From IMG/VR virus record IMGVR_UViG_3300042898_000852, positions 1 to 64,000 of that record: a stretch of 64,000 nt of DNA; one strand, given 5' to 3'. The translations under genes and the position numbers were made by a program. The notes beneath the pieces were generated by a model. It did no database searches and was not told the origin of the DNA. It saw only the letters and a program-made list of their open reading frames with translations. Shown piece by piece: positions 23,301-30,672 of the stretch. Origin of the DNA: a virus. The number at the start of each line of letters is the position of its first letter. Within the stretch, counting starts at the first letter, position 1.

Positions 23301-26059
23301 GAATCGAAAACTACTATTCACCCACTGACGGAATGCGAGGCAATGAACTGGCACAACTAATGACCGGTATAGATTTTGGCGGTGTACAAATTCAAGGAAC
23401 AACTTTTGATGTTACCGGCGGCTGGGATGCTCTTCCGTGGTTTACTGACAGTTGGGACAGCGTGGAATCTAACAGTGATTTTTATTATGTGGCCGACGGA
23501 AGTACTATTGCAGTAACATTGCCATTTATTCCTGCAGCGGGAGAACAGATTTCTGTATATTGGAAACCTTCGGGAACCAGGATTCCGGGCGATATACAAA
23601 CACTCGGCGGCACCACAAATCCACAAGTTATTATAGAATCAGGAATCACTGCCCCTAAAACAATTAGAGTAGATGATCCTAATTGGATTCAAAATTGGGA
23701 TAGCTCAAATGCCACTAATCCCAACGCCCAGATGCCTACATTTGTAGGAGATGGATCTACTAGAGTAGTTGAAATCGGTCAATATATCAGTGTAGAACCA
23801 GGTGATACATTGATCTTCCGCAAGTTAGACAGTGACGGATCAGTGACCATCACCGACGTAAATCTTTTAGATACTAAATTGAGTGGCGGATCACTATCAA
23901 ATATTAGTGGTGCGTATCAAACAGCCAACGGCCTCACAGCCGAAGAAATTGTCGTAGACGGCGATAAATTTATTAGCCCAGATCAAGTGCCAGCGCCCGA
24001 AGAAAACATTCCCGGCCAAGTGCTAGAAAGTGTAAGCATCAAAGTGTTCCACACCTATCCTCAAGGATCTGCCCTGATACAAAATACCATTGCATATTCG
24101 GACGGTGTAAAATTTAAATATGCCATAGGTATTAATATATTAGAAAACAATTCAGTAATTGTTTACATTAATAAAATCAAACAAGAACTGGTTCAAGATT
24201 ATATTATAGACTATGAAACCAATGAGGTGGTATTTAATTATGTACCGATCAGTACCACCATAATTGAAATACTGGCATTTGGTCTAGGCGGTATACATTT
24301 ATTAGATTATCAAGAATTTGTTGCAGACGGTGCAACTACATTGTTTTTAACTAAAGCAATTTTCAGTCAAACTTCGTCAATATTAGTTACAGTCAACGGT
24401 GATGCCGTTGATGCTGGATTCCTAGACAGTGCTGATTTTACAGATACACTAGATAAAACTTTAGTACAGTTTGGTATTGCTCCGGCTATTGACAGTGTGG
24501 TCAAGGTGGTATGTCTAGGACCCGGCCTAGATGCAGACTCCACAGGACAGAGTATAATTAGAGTTAATAATCAAACTATTGTCTACGATGGATCAACCAC
24601 TAGATTTGTAGTAGACAAATTTGTTAATTTATCTAGGGCCTCCGCGGTATCTAACTTACTGATAAACATTAATGGACAACAGATCAAAGGACCTGATACT
24701 GTGTTAACAGTCTACGACGGAACCAACAATCAAATTACTATTGGAGTAGATCCAATAAGATTTCCAGGTTCAATAACTTATCCTGATATTCGAGTATTTG
24801 TAAACAACGACCCAACGATTCAGGTGGTAGACTATACGCTTAATTCTGGATCTAATATTATTACAGTGCGTTCAGATATTCTAGATATAGGTGATGTTAT
24901 TAGAATTGTTGTTACCGCATTTGCAGATTATCAAATAGACAGTGATGAAATTGTTTTCACAGATGCAATTATGGCCACTCTGGAAAACAATGATGACAGC
25001 ACTGCAAAAGATATAATTGAAATTGTTTGGTTTAGTGAATATCCTAGTATGGATATTGTAGCTGATCAATTTGCAGGCGGAAAAGTTCAATATCAACTTT
25101 CTAGAACTCCTATAAATTCAAATTATGTATGGGTCTATGTAAACGGAGTGAGACAAACACAGGACCGTGATTTTAGTGTATCTTTGCCGAGAGGTGTGGT
25201 ATATCTAGATGTTGAAACAACTACCGAAGATGATGTAAAAATTGTTGAATTTGGCAATGACGTATATAGATTTCCTAGTGCATATGAAATTTACAAAGAC
25301 ATGTTAAACATATACCATTTCAAACGCTACAGCAGAAATGATGTTAAACTAGCCGTAGCATTGAATTACTACGATCAAAGTATTACAGTGGTCAATGGTG
25401 ATCAACTGTATGACCCGACCGACCGACCAGTATCAGGTATTGTATACATCAACAACGAAAGAATAGAATATTTACAAAAGTCTGGAAATGTACTTACACA
25501 GCTTCGTAGAGGAAGTCTAGGAACTGCTATTGCAATAATTCACGAAGCGGGTAGTTTTGTAACAGACAGCGGCCCATTAGAAACTATTCCGTATAATGAA
25601 ACACAACACCGTTTGGATTTTGTCAGCGACGGTAGTACATTATTAGTTGGTCCTTTAGATTTTGTTCCTACACAAGGAACTAGAAGTTCATGGTACCGTG
25701 GAATTGACATTGCAACAGGTGGCCCCAACATTCCTGTAACACACGGACCGTGTGATCAATTGGAAATATTTGTAGCTGGTACTAGATTACGTAAAAACCC
25801 TGTCGATGTATTTGATGAAGATCTAGGCCCTAACGGAAGCAAAGAAATAGAAGCAGAATTCAGTGTAGATGGAACAAGCTCTTATATAAGGCTAACAAAA
25901 GCAATACCGGCGGGCACCCGTATCACGGTAATTAGGAAAACAGGAAGAACTTGGTATGATCGAGGTGTTACAACGGCATCAGCCGGAAGAACTCTACAGA
26001 AAAATGCTACTGCGATCAGCAATTTTATTTTACAAAAGACAACCATCATACCAGAATAA
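11369..26059 (+). CDS. Giant baseplate wedge / virion structural protein (gp7-like), 4896 aa, with FG-GAP propeller, CBM5/12-like modules and Ig-like repeats
   Basis: Follows gp6; LLPEVFQT N-terminus; FIREKGT and IKPYRT gp7-type motifs; repeated FG-x-AI-x-S...VGAP blades; Y-x2-G-D-x-V-x-Y-x-G-x2-Y modules. Confidence 0.75.
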   Translation: MAKDIFPQSQLPIRRTVELLPEVFQTETNAKFMSAVVDPLVQPGTLSKTVGYVGRRYGKTYNGSDVYLDTDATLRSRYQLEPGVTVKDKDKVENFYDYIDFKNQLKFFGNHLERDDLITDQDHYSWNPPIDWDKFVNFREYYWVPDGPPPITIFGQQQSITSTYRVRLGVGSSWIFFPDGLSLNPTLTLYRGQTYKFQVNAPGEGFVIKTAYDTGSLVYKPYLPYQQGQFAVFNNKLWKAKTFIAITDGSTIDEDSQDWEYVEAASQATALDYNTGITGQGATNGTLTFTVPFDAPDVLFYQSATDINRFGRFLIADIESNTKIDITNEVVGKATYVSSNAITFTNGMKVRFSGQVTPTKYSTDTWVIEGVGESIRLIRFQDLSPPTLSTTSLEVLFDDGGFDTEPFDDAATYPESKDYITINRASQDSNPWSRYNRWFHRSVLEQAHALNNSEFDSIETARAKRPIIEFSSNLQLFNHGSLAKTPVDFIDTFTTDVFSTIEGSIGYNVDGEELFNGARLLVTADTDTLANNRIYTVNFIIHNNRRQINLVETVDATSTIGDGVFVRRGLLNKGIMYHFTGTSWVPSQKKTAVNQSPLFDVFDDNGVSYGDMDTYPVSSFLGTKLVSYKVGNSIIDKELGFSLSYLNINNVGDIEFNFDWDVDTFDYHSSKEVFFKTIRQGYYKFTHTGSYANGWLKSDRTYLQPVIYSTTVAEVSTRIVSNGIKWTDVQDSEISKILIYINGIKYSGSYTRNQNIFTFPNSFKINDIVTVKVFADADPHLGYYEIPVGLEKNPLNGEVKTFTLGQAVDHVSTAIDLFEQFSGAYPGVSNLRDLTGYQNLARRFLKHSGITPTAIMLLCDKHVNIIKSIQFAKKSYTEFKNNFIKFAETATYNLDPVEFVDDILATMSKIKTQKDAFADSDMVGSGAYNLKEYIVEDTEITTFALNTKFNLTQLSRTAVYIYINNTQLTHGIDYTFNDTFGFVSISKSLAEGDVIQIKEYVSSSFCFIPPTPSKLGLYKTFIPSLFLDDTYVTPINVIQGHDGSITVAYGDFRDDVLLELEKRIYNNIKQVYTEDLFSQDAILGGYYGSSTYTKQELDSVISSEFLRWFSETNVDYLTNTFFDSEDSFTYTYSNMGDPTGQLNLPGWWRGVYTWLYDTDRPHRCPWEMLGFSQQPSWWEDQYGAAPYTKNNLLLWEDLASGIIRQGPRVGTYDRYKRATLLNHIPVDGDGNLLSPFESGAATNFVLYNNKGTFKFGDLAPVEYAWRSSSDYPFVIMLALCLMRPYEFIIETLDKSRIKVNKIGQTVNKNTNLFFKNSDIVIPTSGGNQTSGLVNYVVDYLRSRGLTESVLQKKIDNLDVNLSTRLSGFVDQSQQKYILDSKNPSASTSNIFLPQENYDINFNISAPISSPSYSAVVVEKLASGFKLFGYDISEPYFKYFEAVKSANDPLLSVGGVSENFIDWEANKIFGNGTIIRVSDIFYRCIKSHTSGIEFDAQFWQRIAKLPLVGAVEVFRRRTVNSAAVKELPYGTVFSSLQDIADFIIGYDAYLQSQGFEFTGYDGNLESAKDWITSIKELLFWSKHKWAESSLITLSPAAAKIELNIDIGVADNLLDSFYDYNILKVDGTILPVEFINVNREFKKITVDVVNDSDGIYFFRCYFVLKEHVTIFDDRTVFNDVLYDKPTGYRQERIKSRGFRTVDWDGDYTSPGFLFDNVNIQIWQPFTDYKLGDIVNYKSYNWTSLVNQQGAIQFKDSNWTKLDTTPAKGLISNFDVRVSQFEDYYNVDADGAGASQRELARHLIGYQTREYLQNLAEDNVTQFKLYQGFIREKGTANAVVKVFDKLSRITADSIVLDEEWAFNVGRLGGIDQLNEIEFEIVKDNLLVNPQAIVITNGPISKNSLDKYLRVNQTNFTRSLIPYSVDINPLTVYQGITRNAGYVKTDQIELFVRSREDILSLDISSLVENSHIWITFDNASWTVLRLNLNTALIIEDIVKDSTTSVITVTVSRKHGLTVDEIVGIKDIVNFTGFYKVVAVTDYTFGVQDGPGPVPSAPDISSIQYNIYQLTQSRFNSYQDLGDQTAALLKQGSKLWIDNTDATVGNWEVVEKQRLYVEKPITNFGATDPRNTGRAVVYADNLKQVITGIPSANSVMVYSETVTGLSVKEILQPETEFTNTTANSFGDAIAISPDNVWLAVGAPLASGVPSRFKGIYEDSYIDPLIPAASYRAGDIVLQNGKLWEATNDQQPGDGSTNTLNTLSVNFRNEDWKLVDVVYANSSGSLGPVKQGMVVLYKRKNNAWELQHTILSPRIEANEKFGSSISIGVSGANYYMSISAPGSLNDLGRVYLYKYTGTTAGSTTQILTFNGTSAVNYAVNTITFSRNHNYITGQLVRYLNGTYAGDDKSLATSPPPPEDYTILYAIRITDTVIQLATSVVNATTGTEIDLKDFGIDDSSSHTLISTATVGWKQMGDPEYRGLYTSSVSAIYSQGSKVWYEGRIYQALEDTYGDGTSLDLSTSNSWQVLDESVTEVSLPSNIALIDSGNVLPILQDSSTAILGSIYPLVTAGNFKLGEIYRIEDYGTTNFQLIGNNPAAGDGLTFKATGVGSGTGTARWISYQFAELIKAGDMFGQSQAMSRDGSVLVVGAPESDGIYIANYKGVWTDYQTYYEDDIVKYNGDYYRLVDYDPLTGGEADSSEDSTYITTSKNDVPTNSSLQGPWTFVSSEISNPSGKIFIYKRNTNDVYELAQTITAGSLIEISDVLNIDNLNTGDKFGAAVDIDYNGTTIIASSPQADVKSTDQGAVFVFKSAQSDTISYRLKQRLISHENYANEYFGSAISISPATEKIVVGASNASFNLFTIYDQGSTSFDNTNTTFSSDEGNTGQVYVFERKDQTYHLTEKLYVPDLQDWESFGSSVDCVGSVIAVGSPTYRDTVYRIGVNFTTTILLGASGNNALTVDVIIQDGVIVSAIAKDSGAGYTVSDFDDDTDAIEINGSADKARIKVQSMSAGTITKLFVSYGGSGYTGSAEVIETGQVRLFTKDTTKNPWNTIASRQDLTDIELFKNISIYDNETNVKISDIEIVDHYKLKILGAAEQELKFKTLYDPATYTNGTDQQEVDESQAWFEKHVGELWWDLSTAKWLLYEQGDISYRIGNWNQLAYGASIDVYEWVESKYLPSRWNVLADTTEGLAQGISGQPLYPDNTAYSVKILTNSSTGETTDTKYYYWVKNKNIVPKNVPGRRITALDVKSYIENPIGTGQPILSPIAADTLLAFNFESLISSNTALINIQYRKNLKALNSIHNEYQLLTEGVADSLPTETLEAKWIDSLVGYDLAGNIVPDAGIPIKQRYGLSFRPRQTMFKDRFAILKTVIININSVLKTRAFSDTLNFINLGSVDPEPSSVLNQYDVRVDTLTDLAEVGTTRVKKAVLRANIVDGEIDTIDITDSGFGYRNAPFVNIEGNGQGATARVTIDSQGRINSVTVLSKGRRYTSAVAEIRYFSVLVAQDSSINNYWSIYSWDDIRKTFFRSKSQAFNTSKYWEYIDWWQDGYGVTSRIVKEITDLYQEPSISVKVGDLIRIQEFANGGWAVLEKTDPTQGNILDNYILVGRKNGTINLIIDDLVSVQNIGYDNTIAFDADVYDINPTQELRNILKAAKEDIFTEDLRVEWNKLFFTSIRYAFVEQPYIDWAFKTSFLNATHNVGDLEQKINYKNDNLENFQEYIEEIKPYRTTIREYISKYTDRDISYSGTTDFDLPPEYSTQDGKILPIRSNSDRFTSYPWKWWTDNNGYVVTEITVSNGGADYTEVPSVIIEGNGTGATAQAFVANGSVVAVKVLTKGQGYTQAPSVSLVGGNGTSQSIAKAVATIGETAVRTFDLTVKFDRIAKQGIYQTFTKSEIFTATGVSAVFQLQYAPNRDKSKISITKNNQIVLNSEYTITLYTSTTDTYSLIKGKLIFNTTPTLGDIIEINYEKNVELFDSINRIENYYSPTDGMRGNELAQLMTGIDFGGVQIQGTTFDVTGGWDALPWFTDSWDSVESNSDFYYVADGSTIAVTLPFIPAAGEQISVYWKPSGTRIPGDIQTLGGTTNPQVIIESGITAPKTIRVDDPNWIQNWDSSNATNPNAQMPTFVGDGSTRVVEIGQYISVEPGDTLIFRKLDSDGSVTITDVNLLDTKLSGGSLSNISGAYQTANGLTAEEIVVDGDKFISPDQVPAPEENIPGQVLESVSIKVFHTYPQGSALIQNTIAYSDGVKFKYAIGINILENNSVIVYINKIKQELVQDYIIDYETNEVVFNYVPISTTIIEILAFGLGGIHLLDYQEFVADGATTLFLTKAIFSQTSSILVTVNGDAVDAGFLDSADFTDTLDKTLVQFGIAPAIDSVVKVVCLGPGLDADSTGQSIIRVNNQTIVYDGSTTRFVVDKFVNLSRASAVSNLLININGQQIKGPDTVLTVYDGTNNQITIGVDPIRFPGSITYPDIRVFVNNDPTIQVVDYTLNSGSNIITVRSDILDIGDVIRIVVTAFADYQIDSDEIVFTDAIMATLENNDDSTAKDIIEIVWFSEYPSMDIVADQFAGGKVQYQLSRTPINSNYVWVYVNGVRQTQDRDFSVSLPRGVVYLDVETTTEDDVKIVEFGNDVYRFPSAYEIYKDMLNIYHFKRYSRNDVKLAVALNYYDQSITVVNGDQLYDPTDRPVSGIVYINNERIEYLQKSGNVLTQLRRGSLGTAIAIIHEAGSFVTDSGPLETIPYNETQHRLDFVSDGSTLLVGPLDFVPTQGTRSSWYRGIDIATGGPNIPVTHGPCDQLEIFVAGTRLRKNPVDVFDEDLGPNGSKEIEAEFSVDGTSSYIRLTKAIPAGTRITVIRKTGRTWYDRGVTTASAGRTLQKNATAISNFILQKTTIIPE

Positions 26060-26066
26060 ATACACT

Positions 26067-26729
26067 ATGAATAATAATTTCAACGAGCTCGATATGCCCA
26101 ACGAACAAAAACAACCAGAAAAAACACCCAACGAAAGTGGTGGATTCCACGTCGAAGGACACATAAAAATATTTGATCCCCAAACAGGCGAGGTATTTCA
26201 AGACAAACGCAATGCCATTCATTATGAAAATATGAGTGTGGCAATGGTCAACAGTCTTAGTAATCAAGGCCAAGGCTGGATTTATCAAATGGTTTTTGGC
26301 AACGGCGGAACCACAGTAGACCCAACTGGACTGATTAGCTATCTAACACCAAACACTGTAGGAGTTAACACCAGTCTGTATAATCAAACCTATGCCAAAG
26401 TGGTGGATAAAAATGCTACAGAAAATACAGATCCTATTAGAAATAAAATGGAAATTAGGCATATAAGTGGAGCCACTTACAGTGATATTATTATTAGTTG
26501 TTTGTTAGATTACGGCGAACCAGACGGACAAGATGCATTTGACAACAGTCAAGATATGAGTGGTAATTTTGTTTTTGATGAATTGGGTCTAAGATCGTAT
26601 AGCGACAGCGGCACAGGCAAATTATTAACCCATGTGATTTTTCACCCTGTTCAAAAATCTCTGAACAGACTATTACAAATTGATTATACAATTCGTGTAC
26701 AGAGTTTAACTGGATTCACGGAGGTGTAA
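26067..26729 (+). CDS. Virion structural protein (baseplate-associated)
   Basis: Start reassigned to the ATG at 26067, just after TAAATA (26057-26062); FDELGL...LLTHVIFHPVQKS motif typical of baseplate proteins in such phages. Confidence 0.65.
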   Translation: MNNNFNELDMPNEQKQPEKTPNESGGFHVEGHIKIFDPQTGEVFQDKRNAIHYENMSVAMVNSLSNQGQGWIYQMVFGNGGTTVDPTGLISYLTPNTVGVNTSLYNQTYAKVVDKNATENTDPIRNKMEIRHISGATYSDIIISCLLDYGEPDGQDAFDNSQDMSGNFVFDELGLRSYSDSGTGKLLTHVIFHPVQKSLNRLLQIDYTIRVQSLTGFTEV

Positions 26730-26732
26730 TAA

Positions 26733-28814
26733 ATGCCATATATTGTAAATTTTACTGATAACGAAAATAAGACACCGATCACGGTGTACGATAACACCTC
26801 AAACACAGATACCAGCTTGACATTTCCAGGAAGAAATGTAACTGGGTATGGTCAGACTATTGGTCAAAATTTTCTAGCCCTGTTAGAAAATTTTGCAGGC
26901 CCGGCTCAACCAGTCAACCCTACTGAAGGACAGTTATGGTTTGATACCAACACAAGAACACTACAAATCTATGACGGTGTTGGTTGGAAAGCAGCCAGCG
27001 ACATTCAAAAGAGTGTTGTAGCTCCTTCTGTTGAACAAAGCAAAGTTGGCGAACTTTGGGTAGATACCGTAAATCAACAATTATATGTTTTCTCAGGCAC
27101 AGACTGGATTTTAGTTGGACCTAATTTTTCAACAGGACTATTGAGCGGCCCGCTAGTTGAGCAGATTGTAGACACCAACAATATTACCAAAGTAGTTTTA
27201 ACCTTTTATGTAGAAGATAAACCGGTTGTAATTATCAGCAAAGACAGTTTTACTCCAAAAAATTCTATCACAGGATTCCTTGCAGTAAGATCAGGAGTGA
27301 ATATATCATCTACAACAGATCTAGGACTGGGTGGATTTAGTCCCAAACTGTACGGAACAGCCACTTCAGCAGACGGATTAAATGTCAGTGGTGTGGTGAT
27401 TGACAGCGGTAAATTTCTTAGATCGGATATCACTAATACCACTGAATTTGGATTGAACATTAGAAACAACTCAGGTATCAATATCGGAGTAGACAGTTCA
27501 TTTAATCTTTCTAATTCAGCTACCGCTGCTAAAATCTATAATTCCTCAGCAGGTAGCAGTATTGATATTCAACTGAACAGTGACGGTATACCTAACACAA
27601 TATTACGAGTAATTGATAATAAAGTTGGAGTTAATAATCTCAGCCCACAAGAATCGTTGGACATAATTGGTAACACTAAAATTAGTGGAAACTTGATTGT
27701 TGATAGCACAGTAGGAACCACTAATCTCAGCAATGGTTCAATTAGAACTGCTGGGGGACTAGCTGTAACCAAAAATGCATTAATCGGTACAACTTTAGAA
27801 GTAGTCGGAACTACTACCGCACGGAATATTGATCCAGCACTGAATGATACTTTTGAATTTGGTAGTGCTACCAAGCGTTGGAAAACAATCAGAGCACAGA
27901 CTATTATTGCAGAAACTGTGGAAGGAGTACTTGGAGGAGATATCAGTGGTAATGCTGTTACTGCCACAAGTTTACAAAACACCACAGCATTCTCTATCAC
28001 AGGAGACATAGCTTCAACGGCTCCAATAACTTTTAACGGCAGCACAGGCGGTTATACAAAAACATTTAATACAACACTTTCTTCTTCTATCATTAGTAGT
28101 AAAGCAGAACCTATTCCTAATAGATCTAAAACAGATGATTTTGTTTTGGTTTTTAGATCAAGTACCAGCGGCCTGCTTAAACAATCTAGAGATACATTTA
28201 TAGCTGATTTAGGATTGCCAATTGGTGCTATTCTGCCTTATGCAGGTTCTAGTGCTCCTTATGGATTTTTGTTTTGCGATGGTGGCGAAGTAGAAAGAGG
28301 AAAATTTTCTGATTTGTACGATATCATTGGCACAACCTACAACGGTGTTGATCCGTTAGTTGGAGTTAATACTTTTAGAATTCCCGATCTAAGAGGTAGA
28401 TTTGCTCTAGGAAGAGATAATATGGACAACGGTATCACAGTGCCTAACAGCACTGGTGGATATGTAGAAGGCGGTGGCGGCGCGGTAGGAAGAGTATCTG
28501 GAACTGAACCACAAAATATTGGTCAAGGCAGCGGTACATCAACTCAAACACTGTTGATTAGAAATCTTCCAGATCATGAACACGATATGGTAGGTAGCAC
28601 CGGCGGACAATATGCTGCGGTAAAATTAGACACCGCTTTGCCAACTGATTTTGGTGCATTTTTAGATGCAGGGCCAACAGCAGCAGGTAAATTCAATTAC
28701 CTTCCTAATTCAGGGGGTATTAAAACTACAAATCCGTTAAGCGAAGCATTTTCATTAATGAATCCGTTTCTAACAATAAACTACATTATTAGGTCAGGAC
28801 CTCCTGCATTCTAA
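26733..28814 (+). CDS. Tail fibre / baseplate protein with C-terminal tail-collar domain
   Basis: PIGAILPYAGSSAPYGFLFCDG...FRIPDLRGRF...NPFLTINYII collar motif; shares an N-terminal module with three downstream paralogs. Confidence 0.85.
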   Translation: MPYIVNFTDNENKTPITVYDNTSNTDTSLTFPGRNVTGYGQTIGQNFLALLENFAGPAQPVNPTEGQLWFDTNTRTLQIYDGVGWKAASDIQKSVVAPSVEQSKVGELWVDTVNQQLYVFSGTDWILVGPNFSTGLLSGPLVEQIVDTNNITKVVLTFYVEDKPVVIISKDSFTPKNSITGFLAVRSGVNISSTTDLGLGGFSPKLYGTATSADGLNVSGVVIDSGKFLRSDITNTTEFGLNIRNNSGINIGVDSSFNLSNSATAAKIYNSSAGSSIDIQLNSDGIPNTILRVIDNKVGVNNLSPQESLDIIGNTKISGNLIVDSTVGTTNLSNGSIRTAGGLAVTKNALIGTTLEVVGTTTARNIDPALNDTFEFGSATKRWKTIRAQTIIAETVEGVLGGDISGNAVTATSLQNTTAFSITGDIASTAPITFNGSTGGYTKTFNTTLSSSIISSKAEPIPNRSKTDDFVLVFRSSTSGLLKQSRDTFIADLGLPIGAILPYAGSSAPYGFLFCDGGEVERGKFSDLYDIIGTTYNGVDPLVGVNTFRIPDLRGRFALGRDNMDNGITVPNSTGGYVEGGGGAVGRVSGTEPQNIGQGSGTSTQTLLIRNLPDHEHDMVGSTGGQYAAVKLDTALPTDFGAFLDAGPTAAGKFNYLPNSGGIKTTNPLSEAFSLMNPFLTINYIIRSGPPAF

Positions 28815-28824
28815 AGGATAAAAA

Positions 28825-30648
28825 ATGGCGTATTCGATTAATAAAACAGACGGAACACTATTAGCTACTGTGGCTGATGGTCAAGTTGATGACCTAACAA
28901 CTGACATTACCTTGATAGGAAAAAATTACAGTGGCTTTGGTGAATCGTTAAATGAAAATTTTATAAAACTTTTAGAAAATTTTGCAGGCACCGGTAGACC
29001 TGAGCATCCAATTAGGGGACAGCTATGGTTTGACTCTAGCGAAGCAAAACTAAAAGTTTACACGGGTACAGGATTTGTTCCAGTAAGCTCGGCTAGTATT
29101 TCAAATTCTCAGCCCAGTCAACCGGGTGCCGGAGATCTATGGTTTAACAACATCAGTAAACAACTATACTTCTATGACGGTGTTAGTTTTATTTTGCTTG
29201 GTCCTGCTTATTCTCAGGCACAGGGACTTAGTGGATTCAAAGTTGAAACTATTTTAGATTCGTTAAATGCATCCCGTGTTGTAACCTATCTATACAATAA
29301 TGGAATTTTGTTAGGAATATTTGCCAAAGACACATTTACTCCTAAATTAAACATTGAAGGTTTTAGTGGAAGTATTATTCCTGGATTTAATGTCGGAACA
29401 CTAGCGGGCATAAAATTCAATGTCACCGCAACCAACGCAGATCGACTTGACACTGTCATTGCATCCCTTTATGCTCGACGTGATCAAGCAAACAATTTTG
29501 CAGAGCCGTTAATTATTACCAATAACAGCGGACTTAATGTAGGAGCTGGAACTGAAGGAGCATTTAATGTTGCCGCCGGCAATGTGAGATTGTACAATAC
29601 AGCTTCAAATAAAAATCTCAGTTTTGCTGTACAAAAGGGAGTTGTTAGCGAAACAGCTGTTAACATTATTTCACCAACTCGAGAAATAAAAATTTATGAT
29701 GGGTTTACTGATAGTTTAACCACAGTTGGGGGTAATCTAACAGTGGTAGGCGATCTTGTGGTTCAAGGAAATACAACCACAATCAATACCAGTGTACTTA
29801 CTATTGAAGATAAAAATGTTGTTTTAGCCAGTCTTGGCGATAGTTCTTCCAATACCGACGAATATGCTGACGGCGGTGGAATTATTCTAAGGGGAAATAG
29901 TGACCATGAATTTACTTGGGATAAAAATGTTGGATGGTTTAGCACAGAAAATATTAATTTAGCCGCCGGACAAAATTATAAAATTGCTGGAAATACAGTG
30001 TTAACTTCAACACAATGTTTTTCAAGTTCTTTTCCTAATTTGAACAATGTGGGAACTTTGGTAAATTTATCAGTAGACAATATTTTTATAGACAATCAAC
30101 GAATATCTACTATAAGTTCTTTAGATCTAGAACTAGCGCCAGATGGCAGCGGGAATATTGTATTAATTGGTTCACCTTTGCTGACGGGATTGATTACTAC
30201 TAGTCAAAATTCACCTGTACAAACTACTGAAAATACTGGATCAATTGGCACTGCATTGGGTGCTACTGAATTATCTGAAGCCACAAACAAGAAATATGTT
30301 TTGAATGTGGTAAGAACTCGATCACTAGTATTCAGCATAGATGTATCAGATTTTCCAACTGACGGAGATATTGCTATAATTTTAACAAGTCTGGCTCCTG
30401 TAAACGAATATGAAAACGGCACATTAGCTAGAATTTTGTGTACAAGACTAGCAAATATAAGTTCTACTGCTACTACCAGTCTCGGAGCCCCGTCTACCGC
30501 TGAATTTGTTACCCCAACAGGCACTGCATTTGCTATAACAAATCAAACAATTGTGAGTCCTATTACTGTTGGTGCTCAACCTATCAGCGTTTTTAGAACT
30601 GTTAAAACTTTTATACTACAGGCCGGTGTCTGGACATTTAGCTCTTAA
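28825..30648 (+). CDS. Tail fibre-like protein (paralog 2)
   Basis: Shared N-terminus GKNYSGFGESLNENFIKLLENFA...GQLWFD; GNLTVVGDLVVQGNTTT fibre motif. Confidence 0.75.
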   Translation: MAYSINKTDGTLLATVADGQVDDLTTDITLIGKNYSGFGESLNENFIKLLENFAGTGRPEHPIRGQLWFDSSEAKLKVYTGTGFVPVSSASISNSQPSQPGAGDLWFNNISKQLYFYDGVSFILLGPAYSQAQGLSGFKVETILDSLNASRVVTYLYNNGILLGIFAKDTFTPKLNIEGFSGSIIPGFNVGTLAGIKFNVTATNADRLDTVIASLYARRDQANNFAEPLIITNNSGLNVGAGTEGAFNVAAGNVRLYNTASNKNLSFAVQKGVVSETAVNIISPTREIKIYDGFTDSLTTVGGNLTVVGDLVVQGNTTTINTSVLTIEDKNVVLASLGDSSSNTDEYADGGGIILRGNSDHEFTWDKNVGWFSTENINLAAGQNYKIAGNTVLTSTQCFSSSFPNLNNVGTLVNLSVDNIFIDNQRISTISSLDLELAPDGSGNIVLIGSPLLTGLITTSQNSPVQTTENTGSIGTALGATELSEATNKKYVLNVVRTRSLVFSIDVSDFPTDGDIAIILTSLAPVNEYENGTLARILCTRLANISSTATTSLGAPSTAEFVTPTGTAFAITNQTIVSPITVGAQPISVFRTVKTFILQAGVWTFSS

Positions 30649-30672
30649 GTTAAATACATAAGGAGCGAATCA

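Noticed and set aside
25956-26066. 5' extension of the 257-aa ORF
   Set aside because: It overlaps the end of the giant gene; the TAAATA core points to the ATG at 26067
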